A DNA stretch of 64,000 nucleotides from an uncultured Gammaproteobacteria bacterium. Lineage in GTDB: Bacteria; Pseudomonadota; Gammaproteobacteria; DRLM01. The DNA lies in NCBI GenBank assembly GCA_963729605.1, contig CAVSNY010000007.1, positions 800,001 through 864,000 of the forward strand, in the 5' to 3' direction. Under the pieces are notes generated by a model that worked only from the letters and a program-made list of their open reading frames with translations, was not told where the DNA came from and made no database searches. A program made the translations under genes and the position numbers. Positions 38,718-48,345 of the stretch are shown in pieces (position 1 is the stretch's first letter; every line of letters begins with the position of its first letter).

Positions 38718-38970
38718 AATTTTTTTTATCGGCGCCGAGCCTGGCCCGGATGCGTTGTTTGGCCTCGTCGGAGAGTGGCGGCGCGGCGGTTGTGTCGAGG
38801 TGCTCGGGTAAGTGCCGCGTCGCCTGTCGGAGGAAAAGCAGTTGGCGCCGATAGCGGCTGCACAATGTGCAGATCATCAGGTGCATACGCACCGCGAGGC
38901 GTTTACCGATCGGCAGCGGGCGATCCAGCGACAACGACACCATTTGGCTGACTTCTTTGCACGATAACAT
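38713..38970 (-). CDS. Zinc-finger (zf-HC2) anti-sigma factor
   Basis: MLSCKEVS, HLMICTLC (HxxxCxxC); start overlaps the sigma stop. Confidence 0.9.
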   Translation of the reverse strand: MLSCKEVSQMVSLSLDRPLPIGKRLAVRMHLMICTLCSRYRRQLLFLRQATRHLPEHLDTTAAPPLSDEAKQRIRARLGADKKNS

Positions 38971-39545
38971 CACGTCTTGTCCTCGCCCTGACGGTGGAAC
39001 CAGTTCGCGTCCAGGCACTGCCGCATGCGCAGGCGGGCGCGCGACAATATGACCCACAGGTTGTTGGTCGTATCGATGGCCAATTCCTGACAAATGGCTT
39101 CGGTGCTGAGGCCATCGAGTTCGCGCAGCATCAAGGCGTCGCCCATGCGCGGCGGCAGATGTCCCAAACATTCTCGGAATATCCGCCAGAATTCTTTTTG
39201 TTCGAGGGCCTTGTCCGGGTCTGACCATTGACTGACGTCGATCCGCCAGTGGCCGTGTTGATCGAACAGGTCGGCGGTCTGATCGGCGGCCGCGTCGATG
39301 TCATCGCCCAGCGGCCGCTCCCGCCGCGCCTTGCGCAGATGATCGACGATCTTGTGTTTGAGAATGCCGATGAGCCAGGTCCGCTCCGAGGACCGGCCGG
39401 CGTAGCGCGCCTGCATGGCGGCGAGCAGGGTGTCCTGCACCAGATCCTCGGCCAGCGGGCTATCGCGCAGGCGCAGCATGGCGTAGCGGTAGAGGGCGTC
39501 GCCGTGTTGATCCAGCCACTGCTTGGGGTCGCTCGCGGTCGGCAT
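38970..39545 (-). CDS. ECF RNA polymerase sigma factor (TIGR02943-like)
   Basis: LYRYA..RLRD...AEDLVQDT, TWLIGILKHKIVD, FDQHGHW, IC.EL....NLWVILSRAR.R.RQCL. Confidence 0.94.
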   Translation of the reverse strand: MPTASDPKQWLDQHGDALYRYAMLRLRDSPLAEDLVQDTLLAAMQARYAGRSSERTWLIGILKHKIVDHLRKARRERPLGDDIDAAADQTADLFDQHGHWRIDVSQWSDPDKALEQKEFWRIFRECLGHLPPRMGDALMLRELDGLSTEAICQELAIDTTNNLWVILSRARLRMRQCLDANWFHRQGEDKT

Positions 39546-39594
39546 GGTTGTCGTGAGTCCGGTTCAGGGTAAGGCCGCGCTGCGGTCATGATAG

Positions 39595-41028
39595 TTATTT
39601 TCCGCGCAGGCGGAAAATCCGTTTGAGCCATTTTCTCGCGCGGGGCGTCAACCCCGCCTTGAGGCGTTGGTCGGCCACCCGCCGGTTGATCTGCGCCAGG
39701 GTTGGATAAATGTGGATCACCCCGGACAGATCCTTGGCCTTCATCCCGTTGGCGAGGGCGAGCACGTATTCGTGGATGAGTTCACCGGCGTGCGGCCCCA
39801 CCAGCGTCGCGCCCAATAATTTTCCCCGGGGGCCGGTGATGATTTTGGCGAAGCCGTCGGTCTCGCCGTCGGTTTGCGCGCGGTCGATGTCGTGAAAGGG
39901 GAAGGTGTAGACCTGGTGCGCGATGCCTTGTCGGCGCGCCTGGTTTTCCGACAGCCCCACCCGCGCCACTTCCGGGTCGCTGTAGGTGCACCAGGGGATG
40001 ACCCGTTGTTCCACTTTGGCGGGCAGATGGAACAGCGCGTTGCGCAACACCACGCCGGCCTGATGTTCCGCCATGTGGGTGAACAGATACGGGCCGGTGA
40101 CGTCGCCGCAGGCGTAGATGTGTTTGACGCTGGTGCGCAGGCGCGGGTCGGTGCGGACGTAACCGCGCTCATCGAGTCGCACGCCGGCGGCGTCCAGCCC
40201 CAGGTTTTCGCTATTGGCGCGGCGGCCGGTGGCCAGTAACAGGTGCGAGCCGTTGACGGTGAGGGTGGCGCCCGCGTGTTGTTTGAATGTGAGCTGGAGA
40301 TCACCGGTTTGACCGCTGACCCCCAGCGTTTCACTGTCGAGCAACACATTGACTCCCTCGGCGCGCAGGCGCCGTTCCACCACGGCGGCCGCGTCCCGGT
40401 CTTCCACCGGGAGCAATTGCGGACCACGTTCGATCAGCGTCACCTCGCTGCCGAGGCGGGCGAAGGCCTGGGCCATTTCCACGCCGATGGGACCGCCGCC
40501 CAGCACGAGTAAACGCGGCACCGGTTCGCGCAGAGTGAAGACGGTCTCGTTGGTGAGAAAGGGCACATCGGCCAAGCCCGCGATGGGCGGCACGGCCGGC
40601 CGCGAGCCGGTGGCGATGACGAAATTCTTCGCGGTGAGGCGGCGGCCGTCCACCTCGAAGACGTGAGGATCGGTAAAACGGCCCGCGCCGAAAATCACCT
40701 CGATACCCATGTCGCGGAAACGTTGCGGATTGTCATGCACTTCGATGGTGGCGATGACCGAGTTCACCCGATCCATGACTTGGCCGATATCCACCCTAAG
40801 ACTGTGGCCGGGCAGGCCGTAACGCTGCGCGGTCCGCGCCAGGTGCGCCACCTTCGCGGTCTGGAGCAGGGCCTTGCTGGGCACGCAGCCGGTCCACAGG
40901 CAATCGCCGCCCAGCCGGTGTTTCTCGACCAGGGCCACCTTGGCCCCCAGGGTGGCGGCGCCCGCCGCGGCCACCAGCCCGCCGGAGCCGCCGCCGATGA
41001 CGCAGAGATCGAATTCCGTTTTAGGCAT
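39595..41028 (-). CDS. Pyridine nucleotide-disulfide oxidoreductase (LpdA/MerA-like, lacking MerA C-terminal Cys pair)
   Basis: IGGGSGG, GGDCLWTGCVPSK, GGGPIGVE, ACGD, HIYPTL; GGAG RBS before ATG 41028. Confidence 0.92.
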   Translation of the reverse strand: MPKTEFDLCVIGGGSGGLVAAAGAATLGAKVALVEKHRLGGDCLWTGCVPSKALLQTAKVAHLARTAQRYGLPGHSLRVDIGQVMDRVNSVIATIEVHDNPQRFRDMGIEVIFGAGRFTDPHVFEVDGRRLTAKNFVIATGSRPAVPPIAGLADVPFLTNETVFTLREPVPRLLVLGGGPIGVEMAQAFARLGSEVTLIERGPQLLPVEDRDAAAVVERRLRAEGVNVLLDSETLGVSGQTGDLQLTFKQHAGATLTVNGSHLLLATGRRANSENLGLDAAGVRLDERGYVRTDPRLRTSVKHIYACGDVTGPYLFTHMAEHQAGVVLRNALFHLPAKVEQRVIPWCTYSDPEVARVGLSENQARRQGIAHQVYTFPFHDIDRAQTDGETDGFAKIITGPRGKLLGATLVGPHAGELIHEYVLALANGMKAKDLSGVIHIYPTLAQINRRVADQRLKAGLTPRARKWLKRIFRLRGK

Positions 41029-41176
41029 CGGCGGGTTCTCCAGGGGCGGTCCGGCGGGGCGTAACGACGGCCGGGATGGCCGGCCGGCAGGTTTCACCGT
41101 AACGGTTTTGGGTCGGCCGGGCAAACACTTGGCGGGCGAAGAGGGGTGAATGAACATAGGCCATGGTTGCTTGATC

Positions 41177-41203
41177 AGTCGTGTCAGCCCGCGATTCCTT
41201 ACA
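41177..41203 (-). promoter_or_regulatory. Candidate ECF promoter (copy 1) upstream of the reductase-sigma operon
   Basis: Minus TGTAAGG-N15-CGACT at the head of the operon that encodes the ECF sigma. Confidence 0.55.
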
Positions 41204-41324
41204 AGACTGGCGGCAGGGCGGGCGGCTTGGGGTATACTGCCTCAAAACGCGTACCCGATTGCGGCCGCTCCGCGGCCCAGGCGAATAAGCGATATCACAA
41301 TAAAATGGCCGGGCGGGAAATAAC

Positions 41325-42482
41325 ATGAAACTCGATCTCTTTTTGCAAATGATGGTCGATGAAGGCGCCTCCGACCTGTTCATCACCGCCGGGGTCGTGC
41401 CCAGCATCAAGGTGCATGGCACGGTGGAGCGCGTCGGCGACGAGGCACTCAGCCCGGAACAGGCCCGCGCCATGGTCTACGCCGCCATGAGCGAGGCGCA
41501 AAAGCGCGAATTCGAGACCAGCCGCGAATGTAATTTCGCGCTGCAAAAACCGGTGCTGGGACGCTTCCGGGTCAATGTCTTTCAACATCAAAACAACATC
41601 GGCATGGTGTTGCGCCGCATCGAAACTTCGATTCCCACTTTCGCCGAGTTGCAACTGCCGCCCCTGCTCGAAGACCTCAGCATGACCAAGCGGGGCCTGG
41701 TGCTGGTGGTGGGTGCCACCGGCACCGGCAAGTCCACCACGCTCGCGGCGATGATCGGCCACCGCAACCGCAACGATCGCGGCCACATCCTCTGCATCGA
41801 AGACCCCATCGAATTCGTGCACGCCCCCGCGTCCAGCATCATCACCCAGCGGGAAGTGGGCATCGACACCGATTCCTTCGAATCGGCCTTGAAAAACGCC
41901 CTGCGCCAGGCGCCCGACGTGGTGCTGGTGGGCGAGATCCGCAGCCGCGAGGCCATGGAGCACGCCATCGCCTTTTCCGAAACCGGCCACCTCTGCGTCG
42001 CCACCTTGCATGCCAGCAACGCCGCGCAAACCCTCGACCGCATCGTCCATCTCTTCCCGCGCGACCGCCGCGACCATTTGCTGCTGGACCTGTCGCTCAA
42101 CCTCAAGGCCATCGTCGCCCAGCGGCTGGTGCCGCGCGCCGACGGCGGCGGCCGCCGGGTGGCGATGGAAGTGATGCTCAACACGCCGCTGGCGGCCGAC
42201 CTCATCCACCGCGGCGATACCCATTTGTTGAAGGACTTGATGAAGCGGTCCGCCGAGTTGGGCATGCGCACCTTCGATCACGCGGTGCACGAGTTGTACA
42301 ACCAGGGCGAGATCAGCTACGAGGACGCCTTGCTGCACGCCGATTCGCCCAACGAGGTGCGGCTGATGATCAAGCTCGGCAAGAATGGTGACCCCCGCGC
42401 GCTGTCGGCGGGCGTGGACCGGGCGGGGCTGGTGCGCAAGCAGGACGAAGAGCCGTCCCTCACGCAAATAAAGCCGAATTGA
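41325..42482 (+). CDS. pilU: PilT/PilU family type IV pilus ATPase (PilU-like)
   Basis: ASDLFITAG, GATGTGKSTT, IEDPIEF, LRQAPD, ETGHL...TLHA, GMRTFD, ADSPNEVRL.IK. Confidence 0.9.
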   Translation: MKLDLFLQMMVDEGASDLFITAGVVPSIKVHGTVERVGDEALSPEQARAMVYAAMSEAQKREFETSRECNFALQKPVLGRFRVNVFQHQNNIGMVLRRIETSIPTFAELQLPPLLEDLSMTKRGLVLVVGATGTGKSTTLAAMIGHRNRNDRGHILCIEDPIEFVHAPASSIITQREVGIDTDSFESALKNALRQAPDVVLVGEIRSREAMEHAIAFSETGHLCVATLHASNAAQTLDRIVHLFPRDRRDHLLLDLSLNLKAIVAQRLVPRADGGGRRVAMEVMLNTPLAADLIHRGDTHLLKDLMKRSAELGMRTFDHAVHELYNQGEISYEDALLHADSPNEVRLMIKLGKNGDPRALSAGVDRAGLVRKQDEEPSLTQIKPN

Positions 42483-42503
42483 TTTCAGCGGAAAAAATCG
42501 TTT

Positions 42504-42568
42504 AGACGCCAAGAGAGCCAAGAAGGATTTTTTGAGGTTTAAGAAAAATCCTGGGCGTCTTGGCGTCT
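42504..42568. repeat. ACGCCAAG-type inverted repeat between convergent genes
   Basis: AGACGCCAAGAGAGCCAAG...CTGGGCGTCTTGGCGTCT with inner AGGATTTTT/AAAAATCCT. Confidence 0.7.
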
Positions 42569-42587
42569 CGAAATGAACAATAGTTTT

Positions 42588-43877
42588 TCAGCGCGCGGGC
42601 GTGCGTTCGAAGACGATCTTGCCTTTGTACAGCGTCCAATCGACCCGGCCTTTCAACTGCCAGCCGGTGAACGGGGTATTGCGGCCGCGACTCACCATCT
42701 TGGCGGGATTCAAATCCCAGTAGTCTTCCGGGTTGAATACGCAGACATCGGCGCGCGCCCCGACGCTGAGGGTGCCGGCGTCGATGCCGAGCAAACGCGC
42801 CGGCTGCAACGTGAGCCGCGCGATCAAATCGTTCAGCGGCAGTATGTTTTCTTCAACCAGACGCAGGCTCAAAGGCAGCAGGGTTTCCAGCCCGGAGATG
42901 CCCGGCGCGGTCTCGGCGAAGGGGCCGCACTTGGCGTCGCCGTCATGGGGCTGATGATCGGAGCAGACCGCGAGCAAGGTGCCTTTGGCGAAACCTTTGC
43001 GCAGGGCATCGCGGTCGCGTTCGGTGCGCAGCGGCGGATGGACGTGGCACTGGCTGTCGAAATAGCCGAGGTCGATCTCGGTGAGATGGAGATGATGGGC
43101 GCTGACGTCGGCGCTGACCGGCAGGCCGTCGAACTGGGCGCGCGCCACCATGCGCACCGCCTCGGCGGTGGAGAGCTGGCTGAAGTGGGCGCGCACCCCG
43201 GTCTGGCGGATCAAGGCGAGGTCGCGCGCCACCGCGACGGTCTCCGCCGCTTCGGGGATGCCGGGCAGGCCCAACCGGGTGCTGATCTGGCCTTCGTGTA
43301 CGCAACCCTTGTTGCGCAGCCAGGGGTCCTCGGCATGTAGAAATACCGTGAGGTCGTGGGTGGCGGCGTATTCCATGGCGCGGCGCATCACCAGGGTATT
43401 GCCGATGGGGTGGCGGGCATTGCTGACGCCGACGCAGCCCGCGGCCTTGAGCGCGCCCATCTCGCTGATGCGTTCGCCCTGCAACCCTTGGGTGAGGGCG
43501 CCGATCGGCAGTACGCGCACCAGGCCGGCGGCGCGGGCGCGCTGCTGAATCAGGGTGGCCACCGCCGGGGTGTCGATCACCGGGGCGGTGTCGGGCGGGC
43601 AGCAGAGGGTGGTGATGCCGCCGCTGGCCGCCGCCGCGGTCTCACTGGCGATGGTGGCCATGTGTTCCTCGCCCGGTTCGCGGAGGTGGGCGCGCAAGTC
43701 CACCAGGCCGGGACAGACGATCCGCCCGCCGACGTCGATCTCGCGGTCGGCGTGAAAACCCGCCGGGGCCGGCCCCACCGCGGCGATGCGGCCGTCGGCG
43801 ATCCATAGATCAAGCCGCGAGTCGAGCTGGTTGGCCGGGTCGATCACCCGGCCGCCGTGCAGGCGGAGACGCATCAT
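42588..43877 (-). CDS. pyrC: Dihydroorotase-like protein, probably inactive PyrC'
   Basis: Amidohydrolase motifs, follows pyrB; DLRAH instead of DxHxH and HFSQLST instead of HxxHxST. Confidence 0.88.
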   Translation of the reverse strand: MMRLRLHGGRVIDPANQLDSRLDLWIADGRIAAVGPAPAGFHADREIDVGGRIVCPGLVDLRAHLREPGEEHMATIASETAAAASGGITTLCCPPDTAPVIDTPAVATLIQQRARAAGLVRVLPIGALTQGLQGERISEMGALKAAGCVGVSNARHPIGNTLVMRRAMEYAATHDLTVFLHAEDPWLRNKGCVHEGQISTRLGLPGIPEAAETVAVARDLALIRQTGVRAHFSQLSTAEAVRMVARAQFDGLPVSADVSAHHLHLTEIDLGYFDSQCHVHPPLRTERDRDALRKGFAKGTLLAVCSDHQPHDGDAKCGPFAETAPGISGLETLLPLSLRLVEENILPLNDLIARLTLQPARLLGIDAGTLSVGARADVCVFNPEDYWDLNPAKMVSRGRNTPFTGWQLKGRVDWTLYKGKIVFERTPAR

Positions 43878-44854
43878 GCCGCTTTCCCTTCTCCCAAAGG
43901 TACCGTGCCCATCGCCATGGCCATCACCGCCATGCGCACCGCGATGCCGTGGGTGACCTGCTGCAATATCACCGACCGCGGCCCGTCCGCCACGCCGGAG
44001 GCGATTTCCACGCCGCGGTTGATCGGGCCGGGGTGCATGACGATGGCGTCGGGCTTGGCGGCCGCGAGTTTGTCCTCCGTCAGACCGTAGAGCTGAAAAT
44101 ATTCATGTTCGCTCGGCAGCAGCGCGCCCTGCATGCGCTCGTTCTGCAGGCGCAGCGCGATCACCACGTCGGCGCCTTTCAGGCCCGCGCGCAAATCGTG
44201 GAAGACGTGCACCCCGAGGGCCTCCACCGCGGTGGGGATCAGGGTCTTGGGCCCGATCACCCGCACCTCGTTGACGCCCAGCGTGGTGAGCGCGTGGATC
44301 TGCGAGCGCGCGACGCGCGAGTGCAAAATATCGCCGACGATGGCCACGGTGAGCGGCGCGAATTCGCCCTTGACCCGGCGGATGGTGAACATGTCGAGCA
44401 TGGCCTGGGTGGGATGGGCGTGGCGGCCGTCGCCGGCGTTGACCACATGCACGTGCGGCGCGACGTTCTCGGCGATGAAGTGGGCCGCGCCCGACTCGGC
44501 GTGGCGCACCACGAACATGTCGCAGTGCATGGCTTCGAGGTTGCGCAGGGTGTCGAGCAGGGTCTCGCCCTTGGTGGTGGCCGAGGCGGTGATGTTGAGA
44601 TTGAGCACGTCCGCCGACAGCCGCTTGGCCGCGAGTTCGAAGGTGGTGCGGGTGCGGGTGCTGGCCTCGAAGAACAGATTGACGATGGTCTTGCCGCGCA
44701 GCAGCGGCACTTTTTTCACTGTTTGTTCGGTGACCCCGGCGAAGGATTCGGCGAGGTCGAGTATCTCCACCAGCAAGGCCCGTTTCAAACCTTCGACGCT
44801 GAGGAAGTGGCGCAGCCGGCCCTGCTCATCCAATTGAATATTGCGCTGTATCAT
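43874..44854 (-). CDS. pyrB: Aspartate carbamoyltransferase catalytic subunit
   Basis: [44 protein letters not shown]. Confidence 0.98.
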   Translation of the reverse strand: MIQRNIQLDEQGRLRHFLSVEGLKRALLVEILDLAESFAGVTEQTVKKVPLLRGKTIVNLFFEASTRTRTTFELAAKRLSADVLNLNITASATTKGETLLDTLRNLEAMHCDMFVVRHAESGAAHFIAENVAPHVHVVNAGDGRHAHPTQAMLDMFTIRRVKGEFAPLTVAIVGDILHSRVARSQIHALTTLGVNEVRVIGPKTLIPTAVEALGVHVFHDLRAGLKGADVVIALRLQNERMQGALLPSEHEYFQLYGLTEDKLAAAKPDAIVMHPGPINRGVEIASGVADGPRSVILQQVTHGIAVRMAVMAMAMGTVPLGEGKAA

Positions 44855-45390
44855 GCGGCGTTGGACGTTCCCTGTTGCCCCGTCATCCGCCGCGTTTGAC
44901 GCTGAGGCCGAGCGGGGCGGGGCCGGTGCAGTTTTACCTGTTCGCCGGGCGCGAGGTCCATTTGCATGCCCACCACGTCGGCGTTGATCGGCAGTTCGCG
45001 GCCGCCGCGATCCACCAGTACCGCCAGCAGCACGCCGGCCGGCCGGCCGTAATCGAAGATTTCATTCAAGGCGGCGCGGATGGTGCGGCCGGTGTACAAC
45101 ACGTCGTCCACCAGCACGATGTGGCGGTCGTCCACCGTGGTCGGCAGCTGCGAGGGCCGCACCGCGGGATTGAGGCCGATGCGGGTGAAGTCGTCGCGGT
45201 AAAACGAGATGTCGAGTTTGCCCAGCGGCTCGCTGAGGTTGAGCAGGCCGTGCAGGCGTTCGGCGACCCACACGCCGCCGCTGTGGATGCCGATCAGCAG
45301 GGGATCGCGGACGCCGCGCGCCGCCAGCCGCCCTTGCAGGTTGGCGGCCATGTTCTCGATCAGCTTATCGACGTCGTGTTCTTGGTTCAT
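44851..45390 (-). CDS. pyrR: PyrR regulator / uracil phosphoribosyltransferase
   Basis: [35 protein letters not shown]. Confidence 0.96.
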   Translation of the reverse strand: MNQEHDVDKLIENMAANLQGRLAARGVRDPLLIGIHSGGVWVAERLHGLLNLSEPLGKLDISFYRDDFTRIGLNPAVRPSQLPTTVDDRHIVLVDDVLYTGRTIRAALNEIFDYGRPAGVLLAVLVDRGGRELPINADVVGMQMDLAPGEQVKLHRPRPARPQRQTRRMTGQQGTSNAA

Positions 45391-45845
45391 CGTGTCGCGC
45401 CCGCCCTGTGTGCATGGTCCGCCAGCCAGCTTTCCAAGATGATTTGCGCGGCGAGGCGGTCGAGTTCTTCTTTCGCCGCGCGGCTGCCCGGTGTCTTGCG
45501 GCGGCCGCTCTGCGCGGCCCGTTGCGACGCCTCGTGCGAGGATAGCCGTTCGTCGATCAAGTGCACCGGCAGGCCGTAGCGTCCCTGCAATTGCGCGGCG
45601 AAGGCCCGCACCGGCGCCGCCAGCGCGTGTTCGCGGTCATCCATGTGTTGCGGCAGGCCGACCACCAGGGCCTCGGGCCGCCAGGCCGCCAGCAGTTCGG
45701 CGATCTGCGCCCAGTCCGGCTGTTCGCCGCGCACCGCCACGCTGGCCAGCGGCCGGGCGCTGCCGGTCAGGGTTTGCCCCAGGGCGACCCCGATGCGTTT
45801 CTTGCCGTAATCGAAGCCGAGCAGGGTGCCGGGATTGCCGCTCAT
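45387..45845 (-). CDS. ruvX: YqgF/RuvX RNase H-fold nuclease
   Basis: LGFDYGKKRIGVA, VVGLP, DERLSS, D..AA.IILE; ATG 45845 overlaps upstream stop. Confidence 0.94.
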   Translation of the reverse strand: MSGNPGTLLGFDYGKKRIGVALGQTLTGSARPLASVAVRGEQPDWAQIAELLAAWRPEALVVGLPQHMDDREHALAAPVRAFAAQLQGRYGLPVHLIDERLSSHEASQRAAQSGRRKTPGSRAAKEELDRLAAQIILESWLADHAHRAGATR

Positions 45846-46405
45846 GCGTGGCCGATTTGGGTGGAGAGCTGGGTGACATCCACACCCATCAAGGCCGCCG
45901 CCGCCTCCCAGCGCCGTTGCCAGGGGGTTTGAAAGATGATCTGGTTGTCGGCGGGGCCGGACAGCCAGACGTTGTCCGCCATTTCCTGTTCCAACTGGCC
46001 CGCGCCCCAGCCGGCGTAGCCCAGCGCGACGAAGATGTCGCGCGGTCCCTTGCCGTGGGCGATCACTTCCAGAATGTCTTTCGAGGTGGCGAGGGCCAGG
46101 CTGTCGGAGATGCGCAGGGTGCTGTCCCATTCGCCGGCCGGGGCGTGCAGCACGAAGCCGCGCTCGGTCTGCACCGGACCGCCCATGAACACCGTGTGCT
46201 GGCGGGCCGCCGGGTCCTCGGCGTCGATCTGCATGTGTTCCAGCACCTCGCCCAGGGTGAGGGTGAGCGGGCGGTTGATGACGATGCCCATCGCCCCCTG
46301 GCCGGTGTGTTCGCAGATATAGGTGACCGTGCGCTGGAAATTGGGATCGTCCAGGGTGGGCATGGCGATGAGGAATTGGTTGGAGAGGGAGAGCGTGTTC
46401 ATCAT
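45842..46405 (-). CDS. algH: YqgE/AlgH family protein
   Basis: FLIAMP..DPNF, GIVINRP, GGPV..RGFVLH, GYAGWGAGQLE.E...N.WL, GHA end. Confidence 0.95.
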   Translation of the reverse strand: MMNTLSLSNQFLIAMPTLDDPNFQRTVTYICEHTGQGAMGIVINRPLTLTLGEVLEHMQIDAEDPAARQHTVFMGGPVQTERGFVLHAPAGEWDSTLRISDSLALATSKDILEVIAHGKGPRDIFVALGYAGWGAGQLEQEMADNVWLSGPADNQIIFQTPWQRRWEAAAALMGVDVTQLSTQIGHA

Positions 46406-46570
46406 GACGATAGTATCCGCCGAATCGCGATGCGCTGACAAGCGAGCGGCCTAAACCTGACGCCGCCGCTGGCGGCGGGCCGGGGTCACCAAGCGAAGTA
46501 ATAATTTGAAACCGGCGGATTGCTTGGTGTGGGTTTTCGCGACGTAACGCGATCCCCGGCGGCTTGTAAA

Positions 46571-47446
46571 TCAATCCGAGGCGAAACGGTTGCCGCTGAG
46601 AAATTGCCAGGTGCGGGTGATGTTGACGATGTCGTAGTCCTTGCGGATTTCCGGCGGGAAGGCGGCGTAGGGGGCGGCGAGATGGACGATGCGGACGGCG
46701 GCGTCGTCCAGGGCCTTGTGGCCCGAGGAATGGGTGATTTCGACCCGATGGATGGAGCCGTCGGGTTTGAGCGCCACGTTCATCACCAGATGCCCGGAGA
46801 GATTGAGGCGCCGCGCCTCGTCGGGGTAGTTGAGGTTGCCGATCCGCTCCACCTTTTGCCGCCAGGCCTCCATATAGGCCGCGTCGCGGTATTCCCGGCT
46901 GCGCGAGGTGATGGTGAGCTGCCGCGGGATTTTGCTGTAGGCATTGAACGAGTGCTCGATCTCGGCGCTGAGCTGGGCGATTTCCTGGCCGCGCATGATG
47001 AGCTGGGCGGCGGAGGGCATCTCGGCTTCGTAGTCCGGCGTCGTCTCCGCCGCCACTGGCCGCGGCGCCGCCGCGGGGTCGTCGCGGGTAACGAGCCGCG
47101 GCGCTTGCGGCGCGCGCGGCGTCGCCGCGGTGCGCGGCGGGCTGATGATGTCGTCGCGGCCGTCGATGGGCAGGGACGCGGCCGTCGGCGGCGGACGGGT
47201 GGGCCGCACCGGCTGCGCGTTATTGCCGCCGCCGTCCTGATTGGCTTGCGCCAAGTAGTCCGCTTCGTCCGGGGCCTGCTCGCTTTCCTCCTGGGCCAGG
47301 ATCACGTCCAGGGTCGGAAAGTGGTTTTTTTTGACGGGTTCGGAGCCGCTGAATACCACCCCCAGCACGATGATGGCGTGCAGGGTGATGGAAATGAACA
47401 GGGTGAGTCCCAGCCGGTCGGCGGCGCTGACGGTGGTCGTGCTCAT
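46571..47446 (-). CDS. Energy transducer TonB (TonB3-like)
   Basis: DRL..TL..S..LH, YLAQANQ.GGG, W..KVERIGNLNYP, SSG...LD.AA, ITRTW.F. Confidence 0.9.
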   Translation of the reverse strand: MSTTTVSAADRLGLTLFISITLHAIIVLGVVFSGSEPVKKNHFPTLDVILAQEESEQAPDEADYLAQANQDGGGNNAQPVRPTRPPPTAASLPIDGRDDIISPPRTAATPRAPQAPRLVTRDDPAAAPRPVAAETTPDYEAEMPSAAQLIMRGQEIAQLSAEIEHSFNAYSKIPRQLTITSRSREYRDAAYMEAWRQKVERIGNLNYPDEARRLNLSGHLVMNVALKPDGSIHRVEITHSSGHKALDDAAVRIVHLAAPYAAFPPEIRKDYDIVNITRTWQFLSGNRFASD

Positions 47447-47967
47447 GGGGCGGCCGTCCCGCCGGCCGGCAGGTGTTTGAGGGTGAGCCCGGCCACCACG
47501 CCGCTCACCAGGCCGAAGACCAGCGCGGCGCTCATCAACGGCGGGAAGAGATGCAGCAGCGCGTCGTGGGGGATGAACAGTCCATAGGCGGTCCAGAATT
47601 GCGCCGCCATATGCGCCAGCGCCGCCAGCAGGCTGTAGCCCACCGGACCGAAAACGCCCGGCAGCCAGCTGGCGAGCCGGAGCGCGGCGAGGCTGGCCAG
47701 TGCCCCGGCCAGGCTGAGGGCGAAGGCCGGCGAGAGAAAGGTGCCGATCAATAGGCTGCCCACCAGTACCCGCAGCAACGCCACCCAGGCCGCCGTGGTC
47801 CAGCCGTAAAGCAGGAGGACGATCACCGTCACCACATTGGCTAGGCCGGGTTTCACGCCGGGCAGCGGGCTGGGCAGGGCGCTTTCCGCGACATGAATGG
47901 TGATCGCCAAGGCGGTGAGCCAGGCGATGCGGTGGTCGTCGCGGGTGGTGGGTATCGTTACGCTCAT
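47443..47967 (-). CDS. Gx transporter / heptaprenyl diphosphate synthase component I-like membrane protein
   Basis: ES.LPSPLPGVKPGLAN, LR...GS, SLAG, S..AA.AH..AQ; follows the NusG-II gene. Confidence 0.88.
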   Translation of the reverse strand: MSVTIPTTRDDHRIAWLTALAITIHVAESALPSPLPGVKPGLANVVTVIVLLLYGWTTAAWVALLRVLVGSLLIGTFLSPAFALSLAGALASLAALRLASWLPGVFGPVGYSLLAALAHMAAQFWTAYGLFIPHDALLHLFPPLMSAALVFGLVSGVVAGLTLKHLPAGGTAAP

Positions 47968-48013
47968 GCAATCGCTGTTGGTTGGCCTGTTTATCTCGGG
48001 TGCGGCGTTTTCC

Positions 48014-48231
48014 CTAGTGTAGCGCTTCGCAATTACGCGAACATTTGCTCTGCGATGAAAGATCAAACTGTTTCATCATTCCCCTCCTCGAACGAGGGCG
48101 CGCTAGCGCCGGGGGGTGAGTTTCAAGGCGCAGTGAACCTATGGCTCGGATTCACAGTGTATCAACCACCCCGCTCCTCCTTAGATACGAGGAGAGGTTT
48201 CCGTTCCTGAATTTATCACGCACTACACTGG
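48014..48231. mobile_element. Degenerate MITE with IS630-like ends containing a REP-like pair
   Basis: CTAGTGTAGCGC versus reverse-complemented CCAGTGTAGTGC ends; inner CCCCTCCTCG..GAGG and CTCCTCC..GAGGAGAGG hairpins. Confidence 0.5.
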
Positions 48232-48345
48232 CGGACGCTGGGTCGCGGATTTTAAATCCAAGCGCCAAGGCCGCCCGGAAAAACGCCATGAGAAAAATCT
48301 TGGCGTATTGGGCGGCTGATCCCCGGTGCATCGGCTCGCCAATAT

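Noticed and set aside
39595-41028. Mercuric reductase merA call
   Set aside because: No NmerA domain, no C-terminal Cys-Cys and no mer genes nearby
41021-41164. 47-aa leader ORF (MAYVHSPLF...) upstream of the reductase
   Set aside because: No RBS or informative composition; likely chance
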